49,737 nt of DNA from an uncultured Oscillospiraceae bacterium (GCA_944387825.1 CALXGL010000009.1:1-49737); one strand, 5' to 3'; counted from the first letter of the stretch, positions 8,032 through 17,006 are shown. Notes: a model not told the origin generated them from the sequence alone. Numbers and translations: made by a program.

Positions 8032-9132
8032 ATGAAGTTACTTATACTGACCTGCAGCACTGGCGGAGGACATACCAGTGCTGCTAAAGCGATAGCGCAG
8101 TCGGCCGAAGAATCCGGCTGCGAGTGCGTTATAGTTGACGCGCTGAAGTTTCTGCCTGGGGTTGACGGGAAGGTGATAAGCCATGGCCATACCTTCGTAT
8201 ACCGTCATTTGCCGAGACTCTTCGGAATGGGATATAAATTTGAACGCCGAGGAGGCGCGAGGGCCTTCCGGGTGGAATGCGTGCGCGGGGCAGGGAACCT
8301 TGGAAACTACATAGCGGAGGGCGAATTTGACGCCGTCGTAAGTGTCCATGTGTTCGCGTCCTTTATGCTTGCCGCTCTGAGGAAGCGCGGCCGGCTTGAG
8401 CTGCCGTGCGTAAATGTCGCCACGGACTATACCTGCAGTCCGGGATTCGCGGAGTGCAGGCTTGACCTCAACTGCGTGCCGCATGGACTGAGCGAGGAAT
8501 TTGTAAGCTGCGGGCTTGCTCCGGAAACAGTTTTGGAGACCGGTATACCCGTGGCGAGGGAATACGGCGAGAACCTGCCTCAGGCCCTGGCGCGAAAGAG
8601 CCTCAACCTGCCCGAAGAAGGGGCGCTGGTACTGCTGATGTGCGGTTCGATGGGCTGCGGACCCATGGAGTGGCTGGCCGGAGAACTGAGCCGGGCCCTG
8701 CCGGAGGGGACGCTTGTGGCGGCCCTGTGCGGCACTAATGAAAAGCTGCGGACTGCACTGGAGCGTTCCGGTCCGAAAAGTGTGCTGACTGTTGGATATA
8801 CTAAGCAGGTAAGCCTCTGGATGGACGCCGCGAACCTTATTATTTCCAAGCCCGGAGGACTGACCAGCAGCGAGACAATGGCCAAACGGCTGCCCATGCT
8901 GATTGTAGACGCGGTGCCGGGCGTCGAAACAAAGAACCTCGAGTATCTTACCGGCCGCGGCTGCGCGCTGCATGTCCCGGTTGAGGACATTCCGGCCACG
9001 GCATGCGCGGTCATTGACGGCCGCCTGGATGTCTCGGGCATGAGAGCGAATATTGGGGAGATTTTTCCCCATGGCGCCGCAAAGCGCGTAACTGAAGCAG
9101 TTTTTGAACTTGCGAGGGTGAAACAGGGGTAA
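8032..9132 (+). CDS. MGDG-synthase/UgtP-like diacylglycerol glycosyltransferase (GT28 family)
   Basis: N-terminus MKLLILTCSTGGGHTSAAKAI matches the MGDG_synth N-terminal signature. The C-terminal ...ISKPGGLTSSETMAKRLPMLIV... is a GT-B nucleotide-sugar binding region. Confidence 0.8.
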   Translation: MKLLILTCSTGGGHTSAAKAIAQSAEESGCECVIVDALKFLPGVDGKVISHGHTFVYRHLPRLFGMGYKFERRGGARAFRVECVRGAGNLGNYIAEGEFDAVVSVHVFASFMLAALRKRGRLELPCVNVATDYTCSPGFAECRLDLNCVPHGLSEEFVSCGLAPETVLETGIPVAREYGENLPQALARKSLNLPEEGALVLLMCGSMGCGPMEWLAGELSRALPEGTLVAALCGTNEKLRTALERSGPKSVLTVGYTKQVSLWMDAANLIISKPGGLTSSETMAKRLPMLIVDAVPGVETKNLEYLTGRGCALHVPVEDIPATACAVIDGRLDVSGMRANIGEIFPHGAAKRVTEAVFELARVKQG

Positions 9133-9137
9133 TTCCA

Positions 9138-9713
9138 TTGAATAAGGATATAATCAGGGAGTATTTTTCCATACCTAATCTCCTGAGTTACTTCAGGCTT
9201 ATACTGATACCGGTCTACCTGCTTGTGTATTTTAATGCCGAAGAGCCGAAGGACCTCGTATGGGCGGCTCTTGTAATCGCGGTTTCGGGCCTTACCGACA
9301 TGTTCGACGGGAAAATAGCGCGGCACTTCAACATGATAACGGAGTGGGGCAAGCTCATTGACCCGGTGGCGGACAAGCTGACGCTGGCCGCGGTGGCTTT
9401 GAGCCTGGCCTTCCGTTTCCCTCTGATGCGCCTCGTTTTCGCGCTTTATGTGGTTAAGGAGGCCTTCATGGGCGTTATGGGCCTTATAATGCTCAGGCGG
9501 GGCTCGAAGCTGAATGGAGCCATGTGGTACGGAAAGGTATGCACTGCTGTGACATATCTGGTCATATTTGTACTGCTGCTCTTCCCTGAACTGCCGCCCT
9601 GGGCGCAAACTCTGCTTATAAGCCTGCAGATTGCCGTCACGCTGATGGCCTTCGTGCTCTATGCAGCGTATTACCGCCGCGCATGGAAAGACGCAAAGAG
9701 GAAAAAAGCATGA
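9138..9713 (+). CDS. CDP-alcohol phosphatidyltransferase (PgsA-like)
   Basis: Motif DMFDGKIARHFNMITEWGKLIDPVADKL matches D-G-x2-A-R-x8-G-x3-D-x3-D. The protein is multi-pass, with a TTG start 6 nt after the upstream stop. Confidence 0.85.
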   Translation: MNKDIIREYFSIPNLLSYFRLILIPVYLLVYFNAEEPKDLVWAALVIAVSGLTDMFDGKIARHFNMITEWGKLIDPVADKLTLAAVALSLAFRFPLMRLVFALYVVKEAFMGVMGLIMLRRGSKLNGAMWYGKVCTAVTYLVIFVLLLFPELPPWAQTLLISLQIAVTLMAFVLYAAYYRRAWKDAKRKKA

Positions 9714-9763
9714 ACAAAGCCGCCCGTACAAACGGGCGGCGTTTTTGTCAGGAGGGATTTTTG

Positions 9764-10402
9764 ATGGATTTGGAGCTTTGGCTTGAGAATTGGAAAACCG
9801 CGGTGCTGGCTTCGTTCGGAGCCGGACGGGTGCGCTTTATGGGCATACAGGGCAGCCGCGCTAGGGGAGAAGCGAAGGAGGGCAGCGATATAGACGCCGT
9901 GCTCATACTAGACGAGCTGTCGGCGGAGGATTTGCGTGAGTACAGAGATTGTACGGCTGGACTGCCTGAGCGTGACAGGCTCTGCGGCTTTGTTTCGGGC
10001 GAAACGGAGCTCATGAGCTGGCCCCGGTCAGAGCTCTTTTCGTTCTTCCTTGATACCGTTCCGGTTTACGGCGCGCTTGACGGATATGCCGGGCGCATAA
10101 CGCGGGAGGATGTGCGGACGGGGGCGCATATTGCGGCCGGCGGGATATACCACGCGTGCGTACACGGAGCGCTGTTTGAGAGGGAAGAGGCATTGCCGGA
10201 CGAGCTGTGCAAAAGCGCTTTCTTCGCTCTTCGCGCCGTACATTACCTTGAGACCGGAGAGAGGCTGCGCACGCGCTGTGAGCTGGCGGATGCAAGGCCG
10301 TATGAACGGGATCTGATATACGGCGATTTGAGCGGAGATTTGGACGCCCGTTTAAGCAGGCTTATGACCTGGTCCGCCGCCCTGATGAGGAGGCTGGCCT
10401 GA
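9764..10402 (+). CDS. Nucleotidyltransferase-domain protein (Pol-beta superfamily), substrate unknown
   Basis: GIQGSRARGEAKEGSDIDAVLILDE matches the G-S ... D-x-D minimal nucleotidyltransferase motif. I trimmed the start to the ATG at 9764. Confidence 0.7.
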   Translation: MDLELWLENWKTAVLASFGAGRVRFMGIQGSRARGEAKEGSDIDAVLILDELSAEDLREYRDCTAGLPERDRLCGFVSGETELMSWPRSELFSFFLDTVPVYGALDGYAGRITREDVRTGAHIAAGGIYHACVHGALFEREEALPDELCKSAFFALRAVHYLETGERLRTRCELADARPYERDLIYGDLSGDLDARLSRLMTWSAALMRRLA

Positions 10403-10409
10403 AAACGGA

Positions 10410-10461
10410 AAGCAAAATGAACGGTTCCCGGGAGGTTGGGAGACCGTTCATTTGCTTTTTT
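10410..10461. terminator. Bidirectional terminator between convergent genes
   Basis: AAGCAAAATGAACGGT ... ACCGTTCATTTGCTT, a 15-bp stem with one bulge, followed by TTTTT. Confidence 0.65.
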
Positions 10462-10471
10462 GCGGACGCTC

Positions 10472-12363
10472 TCAGCGTTCGGATTTCCAGCCGAGCAGGA
10501 AGGCGGAGTTCACTATAACCAGTACGCTTCCGGCGTTGTGTACGAGCGCGCCGATTACGGGGCCCAGTATGCCCGTAATAGCCAGGCCTATGGCCAGGAA
10601 GTTCAAAAACATTGAGAAGGCGATATTCAGCCTGATAGTCCTCATCATTCGCCTGGAGAGTCTGAGAAGATGGGGGAGCTCGGATATGTCGTCGTTTACA
10701 AGCGCTATATCCGCCGCGTCTATGGCTATGTCGCTGCCTATTCCGCCCATGGCTATGCCGGTGTCCGCGCGCTTGAGCGCGGGAGCGTCGTTTATGCCGT
10801 CGCCTATCATGCAGACGGGAAAGCCTTCGGCACGGTAACGGTCTATGTAATCTATCTTGTCCTGCGGAGGCACTCGGCGTGTACGTCGTCAATGCCGACT
10901 CTGGAGGCGATGCCGTGAGCTGCGCCGGGGTGGTCGCCGGTCAGCAGCACGGGCACGGCTCCGGCCTCTTTTATGTTGAGTATGACCTCCGGAGCGTCGG
11001 CTCTGAGCGTGTCTGACAGGGCAATAATTCCGGCCGCCCTGCCGTCCACGGCGAGATAAACCGCCGTGGCGCCCTCGTCCGTCAGCCTGGATGCAGCCGC
11101 AGACATCCCGCCGGTTACCACGGCGCCGGACTCGCTGAGCAGCTCGGCGCGTCCCGCGAGAACCTGACGGCCGTCTACGGCGGCGCTGACGCCGCGCCCG
11201 GGAAGCATTCTGAATTCTGCGCTGTCAGGGATTTGCAGTCCGCTTTTGCGGCAGCAGTCAACTATCGCGCGGCCGAGGGGATGCTCGCTGCGCGCTTCCG
11301 CGCCCGCGGCAAGGGCATAAAGCTCCACGTCGCTCAGCTCCGGCAAAAAGCTTTTAATGCAGGTCACTTGCATTTCACCGCGCGTCAGCGTGCCGGTTTT
11401 GTCAAAGCAGACGCGCTTGACCGTGGCCAGGCGTTCAAGAGCGTCGCCCTCGCGCACGAGGAAGCCGTGCCTGGTGGCGTTGCCTATGGCCGCCATTATT
11501 GCCGTCGGCGTGGCAAGCACAAGAGCGCAGGGGCAGAACACGACAAGAATGGTTACGGCGCGGAGGATTTCTCCTGTCACGCCCCAGGTGACTGCGGCGG
11601 CGCTGAGCGCGATTACGACTATCCAGGTTGCCCATCTGTCCGCCAGACCGACTATCTTGGCCTTGCCGGCGTCGGCGCTCTGTACGAGACGTACCATCCT
11701 CTGTATGGAGCTGTCCTCTCCAACGCGTGTGGCACGCATGTCGAAAGAGCCGAAGCGGTTCACGGTGCCGGAACTGACCTCGTCGCCGGCCGACTTGTCA
11801 ACGGGCAGACTCTCGCCGGTCATGACGCTCTGGTCTACGGAGGTGCTGCCGGAAATGACGACGCCGTCCACGGGAATCGTTTCGCCGGGAAGGACACGCA
11901 GTATGTCTCCGGCTTTTACATCCGTGGCGGGTATAAGCTCTTCGCCGCCGCCGGCAACGCGCCGGGCGGTCTGCGGAGTCAAATGTACCAGCCGCTCAAT
12001 TCCAGCGCGGGCCTTTGAAACGGTCAGGTCCTCCAGCAGCGCGCCGAGCTGCATTATGAATGCGACCTCGCCCGCGGCAAAATCCTCGCCGGTGCACACC
12101 GACGCAATCAGCGCAAGGGAGACAAGCACGTCCGCCTTAATGTCAAAAACCGTTATCAGCCCTATGACGGCCTCCAGAATTATCGGCACGCCGCACAGGA
12201 TGATGGCGGCCCACGCCGCATCGAAAGGAAGAGGCGGGAGGTCAAAGAGACTTATCAGCAGCGAAAGGCCTCCGATAACCAAAAAGGCAATTTCCCGCTT
12301 TATACCTCCGAATTCCACAACGGCCTCAAGGACTTCAGCCACTTTATACCTGACAGATTTCAT
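10472..12363 (-). pseudogene. Heavy-metal-translocating P1B-type ATPase, split by a -1 frameshift near 10865-10872
   Basis: Motifs are CPC (VVFCPCALVLATP), DKTGTLT, and in the second ORF GDGINDAPAL. ORF1 ends ...VHAECLRRTR* while ORF2 continues (M)PPQDKIDYIDRY, so the expected AECLPQDK needs one extra C in CTCCG. There is no N-terminal CxxC metal-binding domain. Confidence 0.8.
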
Positions 12364-12375
12364 TCGCAGCACCTC

Positions 12376-12428
12376 ATATACCTATGGGGGTATGGGTATA
12401 TAGTAACAGGAGACGGCCGGACTGTCAA
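12376..12428 (-). promoter_or_regulatory. Sigma-A-type promoter with a CsoR-type operator controlling the ATPase gene
   Basis: On the minus strand, TTGACA (12428-12423), a 17-nt spacer and TACTAT (12405-12400). Immediately downstream is the pseudo-palindrome ATATACC-TATGGGGGTATG-GGTATAT (12376-12401), i.e. AT-rich arms around a G-tract, as in described CsoR boxes. Confidence 0.55.
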
Positions 12429-12456
12429 GTAAAAAAGGCCCGGACAGCCGGGCCTT
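12429..12456 (-). terminator. Rho-independent terminator after csoR
   Basis: On the minus strand, AAGGCCCGG-ctgt-CCGGGCCTT followed by a T-run (TTTTTTAC), 6 nt after the csoR stop. Confidence 0.65.
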
Positions 12457-12461
12457 GAGCT

Positions 12462-12734
12462 TTAGAAATTGGAGAAGCGCTCCACGGCTTTCGTGAAGCT
12501 CTCTATGGTCTTTTCGGCGTCGCCGTGTTCAATGCCGTCACGGACGCAGTGCTTGATGTGCCCCTCCAGCACCACCTGACCGGCCTTGTGAAGGGCGCTC
12601 TTGGCGGCGTTTATCTGGGCGAGCACGTCTTCGCAGGGGACGTCCTCGTCTATCATCCGGTCTATGGCCTGCACCTGGCCGATGATGCGCTTGAGCCTCC
12701 TGTGGAGATTCTCGGAATCCATACACTGCCTCAT
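12462..12734 (-). CDS. csoR: CsoR/RcnR-family metal-sensing repressor with a C-H-C (Cu(I)-sensor type) fingerprint
   Basis: LHRRLKRIIGQVQAIDRMIDEDVPCEDVLAQINAAKSAL...GHIKHC. This has Cys in helix 2 and H-x3-C in helix 3. 90 aa. Confidence 0.85.
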   Translation of the reverse strand: MRQCMDSENLHRRLKRIIGQVQAIDRMIDEDVPCEDVLAQINAAKSALHKAGQVVLEGHIKHCVRDGIEHGDAEKTIESFTKAVERFSNF

Positions 12735-13411
12735 TGCGCGTCCTCCTCGTCAAAGGCCCTCAGGCCGGCGACAGAGCTTATAGGCAGCGAGAAGGTCACT
12801 GCGCCCGCCTCTGTGCCGGGGCCGCAGTTCTCGGTTATTGCGCGCATTATGGCGGCCTTTTCTATTGAGCGGGCGACAATGATTATAAGCTCTTTTTCGT
12901 CCGCCAGATGTACGCCGAGGAACTTTTCACTGAGCTTTCCGCCGGTGCCCTTCGCGTGAAGCACCGTGCCGCCGGACGCTCCCGCGGAACGGGCCGCATC
13001 CATAACCGGGTCGGTGTGGCCCTCGTTTATGACCGCCAGGATGAGCTCGTGGTCGAACTTGAAATCAGGCGCGCCTTCATCAGGCTTTGCGCCGCCGGTT
13101 ATATATGCCAATGTGCGTCCACCTCCTACGGACTTTATGGGTATTGCAAGCAGTATGCCGTTGCCGGGCACGTCAATGAAGAGCCTGCGCTTCGCGAGAC
13201 GCATGAGCTGGCCTGTCATGCTTCCGGAAGCGACGGTCATGAGAAGCGCTTTTTCCTTGGCCTCCAGGCCGTACAGGTCGAGCGTTTCGCTGCTTGCCGT
13301 GCCGCGCGCCAGCATGGCGAGCACAATAGGAAGGCCCTGGCCCTCAAACAGCTCCGACATGGCCTCGGCACGGTCACGGTCAACTACGGCCGCTATCAGA
13401 TTCAAAATCAT
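12731..13411 (-). CDS. Tandem PII-like (two ferredoxin-like repeats) protein, partner of the DUF1538 membrane protein
   Basis: Two related halves: LIAAVVDRDRAEAMSELFEGQGLPIVLAMLARGT and LILAVINEGHTDPVMDAARSAGASGGTVLHAKGT. ATGA start/stop overlaps are present at both ends. Confidence 0.7.
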   Translation of the reverse strand: MILNLIAAVVDRDRAEAMSELFEGQGLPIVLAMLARGTASSETLDLYGLEAKEKALLMTVASGSMTGQLMRLAKRRLFIDVPGNGILLAIPIKSVGGGRTLAYITGGAKPDEGAPDFKFDHELILAVINEGHTDPVMDAARSAGASGGTVLHAKGTGGKLSEKFLGVHLADEKELIIIVARSIEKAAIMRAITENCGPGTEAGAVTFSLPISSVAGLRAFDEEDAQ

Positions 13412-14949
13412 GCGCCCACCTCCCAGAGCTCTATCACGTCGTCGCCAAGGCTCTCGACAGCCTGCTCTAGCGCGGCTTCACGCTCGGCTGCGCGGCTGGA
13501 GCGCAGCTTGAAGATGACGCCCATAATCTGCACTGTTATGAGAGGAGTCATGGCCACGAGGGCTACAAGCCCGAAGGCGTCGGTCATGACGTTGCCGCCG
13601 GCCGCATCCGCCGCTCCCATGGCGAGAGGCAGCATAAAGGTCGCCGTCATGGGGCCGGAAGCGACGCCGCCGGAGTCGAAGGCGATGGCCGTAAACATTT
13701 TGGGCACGAAAAAGCTCAGCGTCAGCGCCAGCACATACCCGGGCACCAGGAACCAGAGTATGTTGATGCCGATGAGCACCCGCAGCATGGCCAGACCGTT
13801 GGCGGCGGCGATGGCGGCGGAGAGACTGATGCCCATAGCCTTTTCGCTGACCGCCCCGGCGCTCATCTCCTCAACCTGCCTGTTCAGCACGTGCACCGCG
13901 GGCTCCGCGCGGATTATGAACCAGCCCATAAGCATGGCGACCGGTACCAGCAGCCAGCTCCAGTCGCTTGCAGCTATTTCGCTGCCGAGCAGCGTGCCCA
14001 GGGACGAAAATCCGACGTTGACGCCGGTAAGAAAGAGCACCAGGCCGACATAGGTGTACAGCACGCCTATTACTATCTTCAGAAAGGGCAGGCGCCTGAG
14101 CTTGAGCGAGACAAGCTGAAAAATGAGGAAAATCACTACAATGGGAGCAAGAGCCATTGCAACCTCGAACATGTAGTGAGGTATGGCGGTTATGTAGCTT
14201 GTGCCCAGAGCGACGGTATCCGACCATGAGGTTACCGCCTGAGCGGACATGTCCGCCGTTTCGCCCTCGTAGGCGAAGCCGAGCGTGAGAACCGCCAGTA
14301 TCGGGCCTATGGAGCACAGGCCGACGAGGCCGAAGGAATCGCTCTCCGCGTTCTTATCCGAACGTATTGAGGCAACGCCGACGCCGAGCGCCATTATGAA
14401 CGGCACGGTCATCGGCCCCGTGGTTACTCCGCCGGAATCAAAGGCGACGGAGAGGAAGTCGGGGTCGGAAAAGGCTGCGACGGCAAATACTATGATGTAG
14501 AAGCCTATCAAAAGCCACTTGAGGTCAATTCCAAACAGTATGCGCAGCATGCTAAGCACCAGAAAGAAGCCCACGCCCACGCTTACCGTCAGCATAAGCA
14601 CCCAGGTGTTGATGTGCGGAACATTGTTGGCCAGCACCTGCAGGTCCGGCTCCGCGACAGTAATCGCTATGCCGAGAATGAAGCTGAGTACGATAATCAG
14701 CGGCAGATTGCGGGACTTTGTCATGCGCGAGCCGAGATGGTTTCCTATCGGAGTCATGCTCGCTTCCGTTCCGAGCGTGAAAAGCCCCATGCCGGCGATA
14801 AGCAATATGACCGCAATGACGAAAGCCAGCATAAGGTCGGTTGAAACCGGCACGAAGAAGAGACAGAGCAGCGCGACAATCAGGGCGATAGGCGCGACGG
14901 ACGCTACGGATTCACGAAGCTTTTCATTCAGTATTGTTTTTATCCGCAT
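13408..14949 (-). CDS. DUF1538-family polytopic membrane protein (internally duplicated), putative transporter of unknown substrate
   Basis: A repeated motif, AFDSGGVTTGPMTVPFIMALGVG in the first half and AFDSGGVASGPMTATFMLPLAMG in the second. 513 aa and very hydrophobic. Confidence 0.75.
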   Translation of the reverse strand: MRIKTILNEKLRESVASVAPIALIVALLCLFFVPVSTDLMLAFVIAVILLIAGMGLFTLGTEASMTPIGNHLGSRMTKSRNLPLIIVLSFILGIAITVAEPDLQVLANNVPHINTWVLMLTVSVGVGFFLVLSMLRILFGIDLKWLLIGFYIIVFAVAAFSDPDFLSVAFDSGGVTTGPMTVPFIMALGVGVASIRSDKNAESDSFGLVGLCSIGPILAVLTLGFAYEGETADMSAQAVTSWSDTVALGTSYITAIPHYMFEVAMALAPIVVIFLIFQLVSLKLRRLPFLKIVIGVLYTYVGLVLFLTGVNVGFSSLGTLLGSEIAASDWSWLLVPVAMLMGWFIIRAEPAVHVLNRQVEEMSAGAVSEKAMGISLSAAIAAANGLAMLRVLIGINILWFLVPGYVLALTLSFFVPKMFTAIAFDSGGVASGPMTATFMLPLAMGAADAAGGNVMTDAFGLVALVAMTPLITVQIMGVIFKLRSSRAAEREAALEQAVESLGDDVIELWEVGA

Positions 14950-16471
14950 CAGTTTCCCCCTTTACATTCTGCTTTGCCGCCATTCGAAGGCAGGCCATGC
15001 CTATGCCGAGTACGATTGCGAAGGCGAAGAGCACACGTGGATAAAACCAGATGTACTCGAAAATTGAGAGCACGGCTATTCCGCAAAAGGCGGAGCATGT
15101 GGCCATAAGAGCATATCTGAGCTCGCGGCTGCGAGTGCGTATTATGGCGAAGCAGCTGTCTTTAACATGCCTGAGCATGAGCCACATGAAACCGGCAAAG
15201 CCGACGACGCCCCATTCGACGAAGAGCTCAAGGTAAAGCATCTGCGAGTGGTAAACGCCCTTGGTGGCTCCGGCCAGGGCATATTCGGGATAGAGGCAGG
15301 CAAAGGTATTGGGACCCATGCCGATACCGGTGAGGCCGTAGTCGCCTATCATGTGCAGTATGCCCTGCCAGGCCACAATGCGGTGGTTGGCAGAGGAGTC
15401 GTGCGAGTTGAAGATGGTGGAAAAGCGGGTCAGTATGCTGTCGGGCAGGAAGGGCACGGCCAGCAGGCAGACGACTATTGCGGGCGGAATAAGGCGCTTG
15501 TCCAGATAGTAGACAAAGACGAGCGCAGAGACCATTATGCTCAGCCAGCCGCCGCGGCAGTAGGTCATCACAAGCGCCAGCAGAGGGAGGCAGAGCGCGC
15601 CGCAGGCGAAGAGCCGCGCCGTGGGGTTTTTCCTCTGCATGGCCCAGGAGACGCACAGCGGCGTGAAGAGCACCAGAAATTCCGCGTAGTTATTCGGGTT
15701 ATCCAGAGTGGAGTAAACGCGGCCGGGCACGCCGACGTTGAGCTCAAGGTCGGTGTACGATGCGCTGACGTCCACGCCTATGAAGCGCTGCGCAACTGCG
15801 TAAAGGGCCGTGAAGATAACGGCGGAATATATCCAGCGCATAACGCGCTCCAGCCTGCGCGTATCCGCCAGATCGGCCGCGGCGATGTACGTCAGCAGAA
15901 AGGCGGTCGCAAAGAACATGAGCACGCGCACGCTGTCGCCCAGGTCGCTTGTGAAGATAAGGCTGGTGAGACATGCTATTACGAAAAGCAGGAACGGAAA
16001 GCCAAGCTTGAGCGGGCTCAGCGCCTCACGCGCGCCGGACGCGGCCATAAGAAAATACAGGGCGAAGAGCCCGAGCGCGCCGAGCAGAGCATAGCCGTTG
16101 GACCAAAGGGCATGGGGCGCGCAGAACATGACGAATATGAAGGCGCAGAGCAGGAATTCAAAGCTGCAGATATGCGAGCCGGACGCTGCGCGTACCAGCA
16201 GGCTAGTCCGCGCGGGAGTCCTGAGCGCGTTCATGAGTCGGGAAAAGACGCCGACGAGCCGGCGCCAGACGAAGTCTATTACCCTGCCGGTTACGCTGCA
16301 CGCGTAATAGACCTCAAATCTGGGCGCGCGGGCCAGGAAGCGAACTATGCCGCTGTGATGAAACGCGCGGGAAAACGGGCGGTAAATTGCCCGAAGCAGG
16401 CTGAAAATGGCGCTGCACAGCCAGAAGCCGTACAGCTTGCCAAGGACGCTTGTGCGAAGCAACGGATTCAC
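14924..16471 (-). CDS. O-antigen ligase/polymerase-like (Wzy_C-type) polytopic membrane protein
   Basis: 515 aa with more than 10 hydrophobic helices and a central loop ...TYCRGGWLSIMVSAL... typical of the O-antigen ligase family. It sits in glycosyltransferase context. Confidence 0.7.
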   Translation of the reverse strand: MNPLLRTSVLGKLYGFWLCSAIFSLLRAIYRPFSRAFHHSGIVRFLARAPRFEVYYACSVTGRVIDFVWRRLVGVFSRLMNALRTPARTSLLVRAASGSHICSFEFLLCAFIFVMFCAPHALWSNGYALLGALGLFALYFLMAASGAREALSPLKLGFPFLLFVIACLTSLIFTSDLGDSVRVLMFFATAFLLTYIAAADLADTRRLERVMRWIYSAVIFTALYAVAQRFIGVDVSASYTDLELNVGVPGRVYSTLDNPNNYAEFLVLFTPLCVSWAMQRKNPTARLFACGALCLPLLALVMTYCRGGWLSIMVSALVFVYYLDKRLIPPAIVVCLLAVPFLPDSILTRFSTIFNSHDSSANHRIVAWQGILHMIGDYGLTGIGMGPNTFACLYPEYALAGATKGVYHSQMLYLELFVEWGVVGFAGFMWLMLRHVKDSCFAIIRTRSRELRYALMATCSAFCGIAVLSIFEYIWFYPRVLFAFAIVLGIGMACLRMAAKQNVKGETDADKNNTE

Positions 16472-16499
16472 CTCGCTTTACATTTTGTCCGCCGCGTCC

Positions 16500-16982
16500 T
16501 TACTCAATCACTTCAATTCCGGCTATGTCAAGAAAGAGCTTGCAGTCGCCGAAATAGACGCTTGCCGACTGGCCCACGCCGTAGAGCACGCCGCCGATGG
16601 TGACGCCGTGGCTGCTGACGGTGCCTGTGCCCTCGCAGACCAGGCGCACGGAGCGGTAGCCCTCGCGGGCTATCTCCACGACCTCGCCGTTGGCGTCGGT
16701 AATGGCGCTCATGGAGTCGCCGGTCGTCCAGTCTACGAGAGTGCCGAGCGTGACCTGATTGGAGGAGTCCCAGGCCTCGCAGCCGGCCTCAAGCTGGTCT
16801 ACCACAAAGGTGGGGGATTCCTCGCAGAACATGGTTATGCGCACGTTCTGGGTGTTGGCGGCTGTGCTGTCCGGGCCGAAAAACTTCATGCCTATGAAGG
16901 CCGCGGCGGCGAGGATGATTATAACTATCAGCAGGTCCACGATGTTGACCTTGCCAAAGAGTCTGCCTTTTTCGTCAATCAT
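16500..16982 (-). CDS. DUF4330-like single-pass membrane protein
   Basis: MIDEKGRLFGKVNIVDLLIVIIILAAAAF... is an N-terminal anchor followed by a beta-rich domain. The family call is from memory. Confidence 0.6.
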   Translation of the reverse strand: MIDEKGRLFGKVNIVDLLIVIIILAAAAFIGMKFFGPDSTAANTQNVRITMFCEESPTFVVDQLEAGCEAWDSSNQVTLGTLVDWTTGDSMSAITDANGEVVEIAREGYRSVRLVCEGTGTVSSHGVTIGGVLYGVGQSASVYFGDCKLFLDIAGIEVIE

Positions 16983-17006
16983 TTGTTTTTACCTCCGGGG
17001 TTAATC

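Noticed and set aside
8038-9138. A 366-aa minus-strand ORF exactly mirroring the 366-aa plus-strand GT28 gene (8032-9132).
   Set aside because: The plus-strand product has clear MGDG-synthase motifs (STGGGHTSAA). The antisense translation is Arg/Ala/Gly/Pro-rich with no recognisable motif. Long stop-free antisense frames are expected in GC-rich coding DNA.
11233-16603. Long plus-strand ORFs (11233-12018, 11357-12403, 12908-14053, 12966-13511, 15167-16603) antisense to the ATPase, PII-like, DUF1538 and O-antigen-ligase-like genes.
   Set aside because: The minus-strand products carry family motifs (CPC/DKTGT, FDSGGV repeats). The plus-strand translations are Arg/Ala/Pro/Ser-rich with no motifs.
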